DNA from: Nitrososphaerota archaeon
GTDB taxonomy: Archaea; Thermoproteota; EX4484-205; JAAOZP01
Reading direction: 5' to 3'
Assembly: GCA_011605725.1 (NCBI GenBank)
Contig: JAAOZP010000014.1
Location: 32,001 to 96,000, forward strand
Length of the DNA stretch: 64,000 nt
The position numbers and the translations under genes are program-made. Positions 30,496-40,101 of the stretch are shown here, piece by piece; within the stretch, counting starts at the first letter, position 1; each line of letters opens with the position of its first letter. Under the pieces are notes generated by a model. The model was not told the origin of the DNA, ran no database searches, and worked only from the letters and a program-made list of their open reading frames with translations.

Positions 30496-32275
30496 GCCTT
30501 ATGGTGAAAAGTACGGGTTTGGAAAAACCCTCTGCCGTTAAGAAGCCGTATCCAGGTGTCTGCTTCTTCAAAAGCTCATAGTCCCATGGGGAAAGACCCA
30601 TTATGTCTGTCAGAACTCTTGACTCCTCTCCCTCGCATATCCTGTGGGCTATTTTCAGACTTGTTGACTTGACTATTTCCGGGGAGATTTGCGACGGAAA
30701 CTGTGACACAAGTATAAGGCTCTCGTTAAACTTTCTCATCTCTAAGAAAAGTTTCTCAGCAATGCCAGGCGGAGAGTCGCGCCTCCTGTACGGCAAGATG
30801 TTATGCGCCTCCTCAACGACAGTAAAATGACTCTTAACGCTCTTGTTTTTCACTCTGAACTCGTAGAGTTGCGCTAGGATAAAGAGTGAAACCAGCTTAC
30901 GAATATCTACTTCAACAATGTCTCCCAGCTCGAAAACAACATTCCTATCTACAATGTCGCTGATCCTTACCAGCTTACTCGTGTTACAGAATATTTCCCT
31001 ACTCTGCCCAGTTATCAACGGCCTAAGTCTCCTTAGAAGCGCGAACTTTGTCTCGTTCTCGTAGAACGATTTGATGCTCCATCTCTCTAAGGTTTCTACA
31101 AGCTCGCTAAGAGAGTTTGAAGCAGGTATTCCAAGCTCTTTCTCTGCAAGTGTTTGCAGAAGCACTTCTCTAAACATGTATGATTGAGAAGGAGTGAAGC
31201 TGTATATTTGGTCGAAAATATCTGTAACTATTGCCACGTGTTCAGACAGGCTGCTGGCTTCAACCGGGTTAAGTATGTCTAAGGAGAAAGAGCCGAGTTT
31301 GAAAACAATGCCGTTAAGCTCCTCAGCCAGATGCCCATACTCGTTATGCCAGTCTAAAACCATAAAGGGATATTTAAGTTCCGCGAGCCCTCTTAAAACA
31401 TGTTTCACAGTCGTCGTCTTACCGGATCCTGTTGAACCATAGACAGCCATATGCTTCTTAAACTTGTCTACATCGAGCCTGAACGGAATGATGCTTGAAC
31501 CGTTAAAAACTATCCACCCTAGGTCAATAGTCTCCCTGTTTTCAACAGCATCAGCGGAGGGTCTGTATGAAGATGGGAGAAAACAGAGCTCGTCGTCAGG
31601 CATGTGCGGTGTAAGAAGCCTAATGGAGTTGCTTGCGTCAACCCGCTGAGCAACGGAATCATCCACCAGGATTCTTCTCAAGTATTTAACCAGCTCTTTC
31701 CCCGTCAGTCTGACGAGTTTTAACTCTGGGAAAACCGTGTTGTATACAGACCTTATTTTTTCAAAATCTGTTCTAAGCATCTTCACCGCCTCATCAACTC
31801 CTTCGCGACCTATTTCTCTGCTGACTACGAGCAGCTGGGCGAGAAGAACATCCTCGTCACGGTTTCCAGAGGGAAGCATATGGGTCACAAACGTTGTTGA
31901 GACTCCTGCTTTAAGAAGCCCGTTGACAAGGCCTCTGGTTTTTAAATAGAAATCCTCCTCTCCAGTCCCGGTTCCGCCTGTCCCCTCCTCCGGAAATATT
32001 GAAACAGCTCCAACTACGAACTCTGATGAACCCGTTTTCGCAATAAAGTAATCCTCGTTTTCTCTAAAAGAAAATTTTTCAACCAGGCTCGGCCGCTTGT
32101 AAAGCAGGAGAAGAACTATGGGGAGTAGAAGAATCGTTAAGAGTAGAGTGCTCCCTAAGGAGGGAAGGTTTGGGAAAAACTGGAGGTTTGAAAGGTTTTT
32201 CACAATGCTTATGAGTATTGTGATGATTACCGCTACATAGGTCGGGTCAGGCTTTATATTCTTGCCGTCAGCCAT
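30416..32275 (-). CDS. Membrane-anchored HerA/VirB4-like ATPase (DUF87)
   Basis: Two N-terminal TM segments; GSTGSGKT, DWHNEY, EEAH, EMRKF, SQ.P. Confidence 0.85.
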   Translation of the reverse strand: MADGKNIKPDPTYVAVIITILISIVKNLSNLQFFPNLPSLGSTLLLTILLLPIVLLLLYKRPSLVEKFSFRENEDYFIAKTGSSEFVVGAVSIFPEEGTGGTGTGEEDFYLKTRGLVNGLLKAGVSTTFVTHMLPSGNRDEDVLLAQLLVVSREIGREGVDEAVKMLRTDFEKIRSVYNTVFPELKLVRLTGKELVKYLRRILVDDSVAQRVDASNSIRLLTPHMPDDELCFLPSSYRPSADAVENRETIDLGWIVFNGSSIIPFRLDVDKFKKHMAVYGSTGSGKTTTVKHVLRGLAELKYPFMVLDWHNEYGHLAEELNGIVFKLGSFSLDILNPVEASSLSEHVAIVTDIFDQIYSFTPSQSYMFREVLLQTLAEKELGIPASNSLSELVETLERWSIKSFYENETKFALLRRLRPLITGQSREIFCNTSKLVRISDIVDRNVVFELGDIVEVDIRKLVSLFILAQLYEFRVKNKSVKSHFTVVEEAHNILPYRRRDSPPGIAEKLFLEMRKFNESLILVSQFPSQISPEIVKSTSLKIAHRICEGEESRVLTDIMGLSPWDYELLKKQTPGYGFLTAEGFSKPVLFTIRLNEKESSFSQGSLEGSQPSQPHPPYT

Positions 32276-32278
32276 TAT

Positions 32279-32518
32279 TTATGGCAGCATCCAACCGAAT
32301 AGGCTTTCGCCCAGTTTACCCACTTCCCCTATTAGAGAGTTGAAGAAGCCCGATATGTTGTCTACGACTTGTTTCGAAACTCCGAAGACGGCTCCCAGCA
32401 TGACTAGTGCCAACACTATCAGCAGACCCTCTTCTATGAGTTGCGACCCTTTCAACTTTGTTTTCAAGATTCTTTTCAACCCACTATTAACACGAGTCTT
32501 AGATAATTTAAGCACCAA
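32279..32518 (-). CDS. Type IV/Flp-like pilin with class III signal peptide
   Basis: Basic leader ending KLKG|SQLIE followed by a hydrophobic helix. Confidence 0.75.
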   Translation of the reverse strand: MVLKLSKTRVNSGLKRILKTKLKGSQLIEEGLLIVLALVMLGAVFGVSKQVVDNISGFFNSLIGEVGKLGESLFGWMLP

Positions 32519-32523
32519 TGATT

Positions 32524-33324
32524 CTATCCGCTGATTCGCATAGTGAAGCTGCTGATAATATTGTTGAAAACCAGGAATGATGCTGCGAAGCTTAAAGCTG
32601 AGTAAAGTATTGTTTTCACAAGTGTTCTGAATGCTAGGGAGCGGTGAACAAGTATAGAGACGCTTAATACGTATAGGAAAAGGGAAATAAGCTGGGAAAA
32701 ATCCCCCTGTAAAACGGATGTTGCTGAAAAATCTGAGAATGCGTTGAGAATGGGGGTTGCAGCAGAGAGGAAACCAATTAGAGAGGAGCTTACTACAAGC
32801 ATTATCATGGCTCTAAACCTGGCTTCTGAAAAAAGAGTCCTCCTCTCATTCTTCAAAGCCTCGTTTTCCCTAAGCAGAACCACATAGCTCTTCAGAATTT
32901 TTTTAGCAGAGACAGCATCCTTAACGAAAAGGCTTGAAGCAAGCCTGATTAAGAGCCTGCCTGTTCGGCTAAGCCCACTCGAATAGGATGTTAAAGTTTT
33001 CTCCATCGGATACCCGTTTATACTGTTGCGCATAGCTTTTTCGAAAAGACCACGGTAATCGGTTTTCAAATCTGGATCCGACAAAGTTTTGAAAACGGAA
33101 CCCTCAAGATTCAGGTTTTCAGGACTATCCGCTAACCTATCTACTAGTGTTAGGTCAACGGTCTCTGAAAGGTTTTCAGCATTGTTTTCCTTATTCCGAG
33201 TCATCATAAGCGTGTAGACTAGAAGCTGAATTGAGAATGCAACATACGGCTTAAGCTTTAAAACAGGCATTAAAAAGGCAAGTGTTCCAAGCCCTGTTAC
33301 TAGGAAAAAGCGTGTTTTACTCAA
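32524..33324 (-). CDS. TadB/TadC-like pilus platform membrane protein
   Basis: TM segments flanking a soluble helical domain; downstream of the secretion ATPase. Confidence 0.55.
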   Translation of the reverse strand: MSKTRFFLVTGLGTLAFLMPVLKLKPYVAFSIQLLVYTLMMTRNKENNAENLSETVDLTLVDRLADSPENLNLEGSVFKTLSDPDLKTDYRGLFEKAMRNSINGYPMEKTLTSYSSGLSRTGRLLIRLASSLFVKDAVSAKKILKSYVVLLRENEALKNERRTLFSEARFRAMIMLVVSSSLIGFLSAATPILNAFSDFSATSVLQGDFSQLISLFLYVLSVSILVHRSLAFRTLVKTILYSALSFAASFLVFNNIISSFTMRISG

Positions 33325-33887
33325 CCCAGCAGAACACTCCTAATCCTTCCGATCTTGTCGAAGAAGATGCGGAACACTATCATGCTTATGATGAAGAATG
33401 CTGAGAAGAGTATTGTCGAGGTTTCTGGTGAAAACCCGGAGACCAATATTATTGGTATTGGAACAAGAAAAACGTAGAAGAAGAATAGTGAAACTATGGA
33501 GTTAAGTTTCAACGTGTACTCATGATACTTCATTCTGGCTTTCGACTCAAGGATTCTGAATAGCACTAACGTCTCCTCAGGATCAGCTCTCTGCTTAGAA
33601 GTGTTCTGAACCACGTGAGTAATCGCGTTCAGTAGATCCGGATATTTTCTGAGAGCCTTGTTTAACGCTTTCTGAATATCTACACCATTCAGATCTTTTT
33701 TAAGACATTGATTTAAGACTGTGTAAAACTCTTCATATTTTTTACTTGAAACGTCGCAAATAGTTCTATAAAGGTTGTTGTATGCAGATTGAGCTATTAT
33801 TATTTCAGCTACAATTGGAGTTATTACCTCGTAAGCATGCTTATCATCATCTTTAAATATTCTTCTTAAAAACGTTTTCAATGTCAC
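33321..33887 (-). CDS. TadB/TadC-like pilus platform membrane protein
   Basis: Helical domain (G.D...AL) plus two C-terminal TMs; translationally coupled to the ATPase. Confidence 0.55.
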   Translation of the reverse strand: MTLKTFLRRIFKDDDKHAYEVITPIVAEIIIAQSAYNNLYRTICDVSSKKYEEFYTVLNQCLKKDLNGVDIQKALNKALRKYPDLLNAITHVVQNTSKQRADPEETLVLFRILESKARMKYHEYTLKLNSIVSLFFFYVFLVPIPIILVSGFSPETSTILFSAFFIISMIVFRIFFDKIGRIRSVLLG

Positions 33888-35749
33888 TTCTGAAAACCTC
33901 CTCCAGTCTTTCTAAGCATTTCCACGTGAATTTTTTGAACTAGAGCTTTAATGGTGAAATTGTCTGAAAAACGGTTCTCTAAAACCACTTTCAAGATGTC
34001 TTCATATTCTTCATAGAGGTTTTTCTCATCGATACAGCTTAAACCGGCTATTTTTCCGAAAAATCTTGAGGCTTCTAACCCAGTATAGCAGCGTAACTCG
34101 TCCGAAACAGTATGTCTCGAAAATATTTCATTAAGGCTCGAATCCTCGTCTATCAGAGCTATTTCCCAGACGAGCCGTTTAACAAAATTATTTGCCTCAA
34201 TCCTTCTCATAACTATTAGCAGATCAAGCTCTGAAACTAGGGCTCTAGGAACTCTGTAAACGTCTACAAGCCTTTTAAAGAAACCCTTGCCGGAAGCAGC
34301 GTGAGCAGTATGCATTATTCTTAAACCGGCTGAGACAGCGCGGAACATCGCTTTAACATGGCTTCCGGTTTGAACCTCTCCCAGAATCAGGTAGGAAGGA
34401 GTTCTGTGAAGAGCCTTAACTATTTCAAGCGTCTTATTATCGCTTCTTCCCCTGGTTTCGAATGGTTCAACCACATACACTATTCTATGCTGGTCGAAAA
34501 TCCTTGGGGGAAGTGTTTCAAGAGCGTCTTCAATATGCACTATGCGCCACCATGAGGGAGCAAAATAGCTTAGAAAGTTCAGGAGAGAGGTTTTCCCAGA
34601 ATTCGGCTCACCCAAGATAGAGATGTTTGCACGATTAAGAATTGCAAGGATTAGAAATGCTGCAGACTCGGGTGAAAAATACTCTGATTCTAAAAGATCC
34701 TTCAAGCGAAGCACGCCTACCATGTGTTTCCGAATGTCTAGCACGCCCTTCCCCAATGTTAGGGGAGGAATATCTATCGATACTCTTGTCAAAATCCTGT
34801 TGAACAAGATAGCGGTTTTAATCGAGGGGTTGGAGTAGTCCAGGCTCAGGCCTGATTCTCTTTTCACAAGCGACGTCAGGCTTTCAAAATCTCTTTCTTT
34901 AAACACAATATTCGTACGGAGCCTTCCGAAACGGGAATGGTCGACGTAAAGCCTTCTCCCTACATCGTCTAAGAAGAAACACTGAACATCACTGTCTTTC
35001 AATAATGGGTATATTTTCGACAAGCCTATGGAGGAGTATACTGCGTGTCTAACTATGGAGTTTGCCGGCTCCGTCTCACCTCGCGTTAACACTTTCAAAA
35101 ACCTTAAGCCGACTTTAAACCTGTAGCTAAATATGTCTTTAAGCCTACCGGTTTTAAGCATTCTCCTAGAGTAGGCTAGTCGCAGAATTTTCGAAAGCTC
35201 CTTCTCAATCCAGAAGTAATCGTCAGTCTTGAAAAAAACCCTGTAGAAACCGCTTTTAGAATCCACGCAGTACAGCAGGTGGCCAAGCACGTAGCTGTGT
35301 TCAGCCTGCCAAGTGTTGTGGAAAACCCTTTCGAATTCCTGGAAGCTGCACTCGGAAAAAAGTTTGATTGATGCGGGAAACCGTAATAATGGCTTAGAAT
35401 ATATGCTTCCATAGAATGGCCTGATGGAAAGCATTCCTCGGGAAGTATCAAGGTCAAGACTATTCTCCAGAAGTTTTTTGTAAAGCTCTTCCTTCTCCTT
35501 CTCAGCCTCCCGTGAGAGATTCTTTAATAATCCAACATATTGTTTCTGAACTTCAAGCAAACGATCATCAACATGAACCAGTATTCTCTCTGGCTTGAAA
35601 TACATGAGTTTATGCATGATATCGCAGAGAAGCCAAGGATCGGTTTTTGAGGAACCTGAATACGACAGGTATAAAGCCCTATTCCTATAATCCCAGGCCC
35701 ATTTTCTTTCAAAGCCGGTATGAAGGAAATTCTGTTCAACGCTGCTCAT
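33884..35749 (-). CDS. Type II/IV secretion (pilus assembly) ATPase
   Basis: GEPNSGKTS, IED..E, LILGEV, MHTAHA. Confidence 0.9.
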   Translation of the reverse strand: MSSVEQNFLHTGFERKWAWDYRNRALYLSYSGSSKTDPWLLCDIMHKLMYFKPERILVHVDDRLLEVQKQYVGLLKNLSREAEKEKEELYKKLLENSLDLDTSRGMLSIRPFYGSIYSKPLLRFPASIKLFSECSFQEFERVFHNTWQAEHSYVLGHLLYCVDSKSGFYRVFFKTDDYFWIEKELSKILRLAYSRRMLKTGRLKDIFSYRFKVGLRFLKVLTRGETEPANSIVRHAVYSSIGLSKIYPLLKDSDVQCFFLDDVGRRLYVDHSRFGRLRTNIVFKERDFESLTSLVKRESGLSLDYSNPSIKTAILFNRILTRVSIDIPPLTLGKGVLDIRKHMVGVLRLKDLLESEYFSPESAAFLILAILNRANISILGEPNSGKTSLLNFLSYFAPSWWRIVHIEDALETLPPRIFDQHRIVYVVEPFETRGRSDNKTLEIVKALHRTPSYLILGEVQTGSHVKAMFRAVSAGLRIMHTAHAASGKGFFKRLVDVYRVPRALVSELDLLIVMRRIEANNFVKRLVWEIALIDEDSSLNEIFSRHTVSDELRCYTGLEASRFFGKIAGLSCIDEKNLYEEYEDILKVVLENRFSDNFTIKALVQKIHVEMLRKTGGGFQK

Positions 35750-35895
35750 TTCGGAGCAACCTTTAGGAGTTCGCTTAACTCCCGATACTTCTTCTCGAGG
35801 TTTAAAATTCTAGTGTTCAACTTCCCTATATGCACCTTCAAATCCTCTATCTCCTGAAGTATTGCGTTAACCATCATGTCATCTTGGAAGATCAT
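35746..35895 (-). CDS. 49-aa coiled-coil small protein heading the pilus operon
   Basis: MIFQDDMMVNAILQEIEDLKVHIGKLNTRILNLEKKYRELSELLKVAPK*; ATGA overlap with the ATPase start. Confidence 0.65.
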   Translation of the reverse strand: MIFQDDMMVNAILQEIEDLKVHIGKLNTRILNLEKKYRELSELLKVAPK

Positions 35896-36029
35896 CTTCA
35901 AACCAGAATGGTGAGAAACCTATTTATTCACCAATACTGACCCGTTGGCGGTTATAAGGCTTAGACACTGGTATGATTCTGGGTTGAAAAAGCACATGGA
36001 AGCCGTATGGCTTAAGAGGATGATCATCC

Positions 36030-36173
36030 ATGAGTAACCTGCTTGAGAAAACCCTGGTAATACTGCTTTCCATAATCCTCTTTGGACTGGGTTTAGAATA
36101 CTTATCGGAGCGAGTAATACCTATGATTAAGCAGATTTGTGAAAGCGTGGCTAAGCTGCTTGCCGCAGGCTAG
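36030..36173 (+). CDS. 47-aa pilin-like membrane peptide
   Basis: MSNLLEKTLVILLSIILFGLG...; Glu near the N-terminus followed by a TM helix. Confidence 0.6.
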   Translation: MSNLLEKTLVILLSIILFGLGLEYLSERVIPMIKQICESVAKLLAAG

Positions 36174-36184
36174 GGTGAAACAGT

Positions 36185-36564
36185 TTGAACGAAATCCTTG
36201 AGGAGCATTTGAAGGACGCTCTCTGGATAACTTTGACGCTCACAGTAAGCTTTACACTTCTTCGTGCTGCGAACACTGTTATAACGGTTTTTTCAACAAA
36301 GGTTTTTAACAGTATCCTGTTTTTGATAGGGAAATATGCTGATCTCTCAGCGGAATACGGAGGAGAGTTCACCATATCTATGCCGGGAAACTCCTACTTG
36401 ATTATTCAATCCTGCTTAAGAATAATGAGTATTCTATTGTGATTCATGGGATTCGAGTCTTCTACGGGACTTGGAAATACAGGTTTAACAGCGTGTCTTT
36501 AGAGCCAGGTGGAACATACTCTTTGAAGAAAACAGAGAATGGATTTGTTTTAACCAAACGATGA
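36185..36564 (+). CDS. Minor pilin-like protein split by a -1 frameshift at G GGA AAC (36385-36391)
   Basis: The -1 frame (GKLLLDYSILLKNNEY...FVLTKR*) ends in an ATGA overlap with the next ORF. Confidence 0.6.
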
Positions 36565-36692
36565 GCGACAAGCTTCTAGATTTCCTAGAATCATCATTCC
36601 TGATTTTTCTGCTAGTCTTAGAACTAGCGTTGGCTGTTCTTCTCACCTTAAGCAATGTTTCCACTCTAACTCGGCTTGCTGAGCAAGTGTGA
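36561..36692 (+). CDS. 43-aa single-TM pilin-like peptide
   Basis: MSDKLLDFLESSFLIFLLVLELALAVLL...; operon-style spacing. Confidence 0.55.
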   Translation: MSDKLLDFLESSFLIFLLVLELALAVLLTLSNVSTLTRLAEQV

Positions 36693-36698
36693 GTAGGG

Positions 36699-37082
36699 AT
36701 GCAGTTTTTAGAGGGAACCATCGCAATCGTCCTGAGCACTCTCCTATTAATACCGATAATAACTGTCTCGCAAAGTATCAGAAACACGTTTGAAAGAATA
36801 GAAGCAATAGGAATAGATTTGGTTTTGGAGAGAAGCCTTGCAGGAATCCCTCAGCAGAACCTAGCTGACTCTGAAACCCTGCTCAGCGAAGTTGCCAGGA
36901 TCCTGGATTCTAACGGGCTTGAGTGGAGTAGAATAGAGCTTCTGAGCAGGAAGAATGGAAGAACAGTGGTGGAGGGCAAACAGGTCTCAAAAAATCTTGA
37001 TGAACAACATACTAGGCTAATTAGAATAGTCAGAGTAAGTAGTGAAGACATTGTGTGCATAGTGGTGAGTTTTAGAAAATGA
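36699..37082 (+). CDS. Minor pilin-like protein
   Basis: MQFLE followed by a hydrophobic helix. Confidence 0.6.
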   Translation: MQFLEGTIAIVLSTLLLIPIITVSQSIRNTFERIEAIGIDLVLERSLAGIPQQNLADSETLLSEVARILDSNGLEWSRIELLSRKNGRTVVEGKQVSKNLDEQHTRLIRIVRVSSEDIVCIVVSFRK

Positions 37083-37546
37083 TTAAAACATGGATGATGC
37101 CTATAGTTGCCTCGACAGCCATCATGGTTTTGCTTTTGACAGTGAACCTAATGGTCCAGTCTGGAAGCATTCTTCTAGAAGGCTTTTTGAAGCAGAGAGA
37201 AAAACTAGTTTTAGCCGACTCTCTAGTAAACGATGTTTTCAACAGTGTGGAGGACATTGCAGAAACAAGCATGAGTTCTTCACAGGGTAATTTCTCTGAG
37301 TTTAGGAAAATCCTAGTGGATAGGATAGAACGCTTCAAATCTGAGAATCTTTATGGGGAATTTTTCAAAGAGTGTGGGATTATTGCGCAGTTTAACTACA
37401 CCATTGAAACCCGTGAGGAGGAGCTTTTAATAGAGGTTACGTGCAGGATTCGCGTGAGTGATCCTGAAGGCTTATTCGAATACGAACGTGTTTACAAGAC
37501 GGTTAAACGGCAGGGTTCTGCTCTGTATGATGGTTCAACGGGTTGA
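37079..37546 (+). CDS. N-terminal TM, pilin-like or exported protein
   Basis: Hydrophobic N-terminus; ATGA-coupled to the previous ORF. Confidence 0.6.
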   Translation: MIKTWMMPIVASTAIMVLLLTVNLMVQSGSILLEGFLKQREKLVLADSLVNDVFNSVEDIAETSMSSSQGNFSEFRKILVDRIERFKSENLYGEFFKECGIIAQFNYTIETREEELLIEVTCRIRVSDPEGLFEYERVYKTVKRQGSALYDGSTG

Positions 37547-38436
37547 GATGTTTTCCCGAAGAACTCTTCATATGTTTCTCTAACGCTGTACTCTGCATAC
37601 CCCACGTATCCAGCCAGCTCCCTCTGAGTCACAGGGTTCTTAATCTTTAACATGGCCGAAGCCTCCTTTGATGCTGCATAAATTGCTGCTGCTAAACATA
37701 TCATGGGGTTTTTACCATGAAAATAATAGTGTTTAGATTTTAAATCATTAAAGAGCCTGATGGACATCGGCCTAAGAATGTTTAGAAAAGTTTCTCTTTC
37801 AGCAAGAGATTGAAGCTTACGGTTATTTCTTATTATCAGAGATATTATCTCGTTGATCGTTTTAACTGCATCGTATTTCGCTTCTGCAATCCCGATTTCC
37901 CTCGCAATAGAGATCACGTTGAACAGGTCTCTCGGCCGGATTTTAAAACCTATGCTACGCAGGTACGCCTGTATCTTCTTATAGTGCGGAGCAATGTTTA
38001 AACTACAGGATCTTGCTGTGCTAACTACGGAGTATGCTGCAACCGCCGCCAAACTAATCTTTCTATTTTTAGAGCTGCGCAGCAATGTTAAACCAATACT
38101 GAGAGAAAACAGTCTTACTGAATGCCCAAGATGGAAATTGCTACAGACTTTGTCTATTATCCATTTCAGCTCATTCTCCTTCCTAGTAGCAGAGTAGAAA
38201 ATGCTCTTCTGAAGTCTAGAAACATTGTTTTTAAAACCGTGCTCCGCCATGAGGCTTCCGTAGCAGGAGTCTCCGTGAGCCGTGTGATCCTGATCATAGG
38301 ATGCGACATACTTATCTATGAAGTCAACCACTAAGCCGCACCTGCTGCAAACAAGCTCGTTATCTGAGTTAACAAGTGGCGAATTGCAATCTGGGCATTT
38401 GAGGAGAACAGGTGGTTGAACTGTTTCCTGTTCCAT
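37492..38436 (-). CDS. Divergent TFB (TFIIB)-family protein
   Basis: CPDC...ELVCSRCGLV zinc ribbon; GKNP...AAAIY.A and TQRELA cyclin-fold motifs. Confidence 0.8.
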   Translation of the reverse strand: MEQETVQPPVLLKCPDCNSPLVNSDNELVCSRCGLVVDFIDKYVASYDQDHTAHGDSCYGSLMAEHGFKNNVSRLQKSIFYSATRKENELKWIIDKVCSNFHLGHSVRLFSLSIGLTLLRSSKNRKISLAAVAAYSVVSTARSCSLNIAPHYKKIQAYLRSIGFKIRPRDLFNVISIAREIGIAEAKYDAVKTINEIISLIIRNNRKLQSLAERETFLNILRPMSIRLFNDLKSKHYYFHGKNPMICLAAAIYAASKEASAMLKIKNPVTQRELAGYVGYAEYSVRETYEEFFGKTSQPVEPSYRAEPCRLTVL

Positions 38437-38557
38437 TTCTAAAAGTACCATTAGCAGAACAATAAAAATAGCCACGAAAAAAAGCTATGTTTTAGGATAA
38501 GCTCCTTACTTCAGAAAGTATTAAAAACAGGGAGTGTACTGTAAAAGTGATGTTGAA

Positions 38558-38983
38558 ATGATGAGAACAGGGTTCACGACAGAGGTTAATCGTTTAATAG
38601 GTAAGAAGGTTGCAGTGGTTACTCAAAGCGGTGAGGAGCTTCAGGGTGTTTTAGCCTCGCTGGATGTTGATACTTTTTCAGTGATTTTGAACGATGTTGA
38701 GTTGAAAGGAGGCAGGAAGATTCCTAAGGTGATACTCAACGGGAGTGACGTTAGGAGAATAGAGGTGAGGGCAGCAATCCTGGATTTAAGGAAACTTGCT
38801 GAGAGGATAGAGAGAGTCTTTCCGAAAATGGTTCAGTATAACGAGGAGGCTGGTGTCATAATAGTGATGAACAGGATAAGGGTTACTGAGAATGGAGTTA
38901 TCGAAGGAAGTGGGCTGGCAGCTGAAAAAGTGAGTGAAATATATAACGATTTTATTAAAGAGAGCTCCGCGGAAAAAGAATAA
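38558..38983 (+). CDS. Sm-like protein with C-terminal domain (SmAP3 type)
   Basis: Sm fold (G.L...D, NG..V..I) plus IRVTENGV.EGSG..A domain. Confidence 0.85.
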   Translation: MMRTGFTTEVNRLIGKKVAVVTQSGEELQGVLASLDVDTFSVILNDVELKGGRKIPKVILNGSDVRRIEVRAAILDLRKLAERIERVFPKMVQYNEEAGVIIVMNRIRVTENGVIEGSGLAAEKVSEIYNDFIKESSAEKE

Positions 38984-38991
38984 TTACTCTG

Positions 38992-39627
38992 TCAATCCTT
39001 TGAAAAATATTTTTTAAGAAAGCTGATGACACTATTCTGAGCTGTTTTAGCGGCAGCAAGGTCCGGACTTTCTCCATTGGTCTCAATAAGGATGCATGCG
39101 CTGTCAAAACCATGAAGGCTTGCGAGCCCAGGAATTAGGCCTGCAGCTCCCACGACTGTACCCCTTAAAGGCAGGAACCCGAGGGAGGCACCAAGCATCG
39201 AGATCCTCCAATTAGTAGAGGAAATATAGACCCTTCTTTTCTCACCAACCCGTGTTATAGCATACCCGCCTATGCCTATGATGATCCTTATTCCAGATTC
39301 CTCCGCAACCTCTATCAGTCTCCTGGCTAACTCATACTGGTTAAATTGAGTAGTAGGCTGGGAGACGCCTCTGACTATAGTGATGCCCTTAAACTCTCCT
39401 GTGCTGATTTTGTTGATAGTTATTTTCGGAGGAGTTATCAGGCCCTCTCTAGAGGTTACTGATACGTAGAGGAGAGACTCAGGGTAAAGCTCCAGAATCG
39501 GAATGTTTTCAACAGCAGACTCCATGAGCAGCTCGCCTGTTAACGAGCCTACGAGACCGATACCCGGGAGGCATATCAGCATACAGTCTGCAGTCCAAGC
39601 CTCTTTTCTAAGAACTTTCTCCAGCAA
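38992..39627 (-). CDS. PAC2-family proteasome assembly chaperone
   Basis: LPGIGLVG, GIGGY, G.VVGAAGL, ET.G..PD..AA. Confidence 0.85.
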   Translation of the reverse strand: MLEKVLRKEAWTADCMLICLPGIGLVGSLTGELLMESAVENIPILELYPESLLYVSVTSREGLITPPKITINKISTGEFKGITIVRGVSQPTTQFNQYELARRLIEVAEESGIRIIIGIGGYAITRVGEKRRVYISSTNWRISMLGASLGFLPLRGTVVGAAGLIPGLASLHGFDSACILIETNGESPDLAAAKTAQNSVISFLKKYFSKD

Positions 39628-40101
39628 TCCTTTTACCCCCTGGAAAGCCCCGGGTCCTATTAAAGCTTTTTAATTAAACTCGGTTGCGATACTACTTCCA
39701 CCAACCCCCATTCTTCAAGTGCTAGGTTCCAGCAAGAGGGTTTAGAGGTAGAAGCGGGTTGGATGCTAGAGTCTTGTTGCAGCACGCGGTGCCCAAGTAA
39801 AAAGGGGAAAGATTTCTTAGTCACGTTTTAATCATGTATTCGGAGTATGGGTCATACCAGTAGAAGTCACTCGACTTAGCAAGCCTCCTAGCAGATCTGA
39901 TTAGAGTGAAGGGCCACGCATGTATTTCATGCCTGAGCTGCCTCACGGGACAGTGATAAGCATGAAGAAGTAGGCTGAAATATATGCTGTAGCAATATGG
40001 TAGATCCTTAGTAAGGAGATTATGGGAGTTTAAAAGGAACTCCAGGGGAGAGTTAAAACTTTAAATAAAGACCTGGAGAAAGCGTTGAAGAGGATTAAAA
40101 C

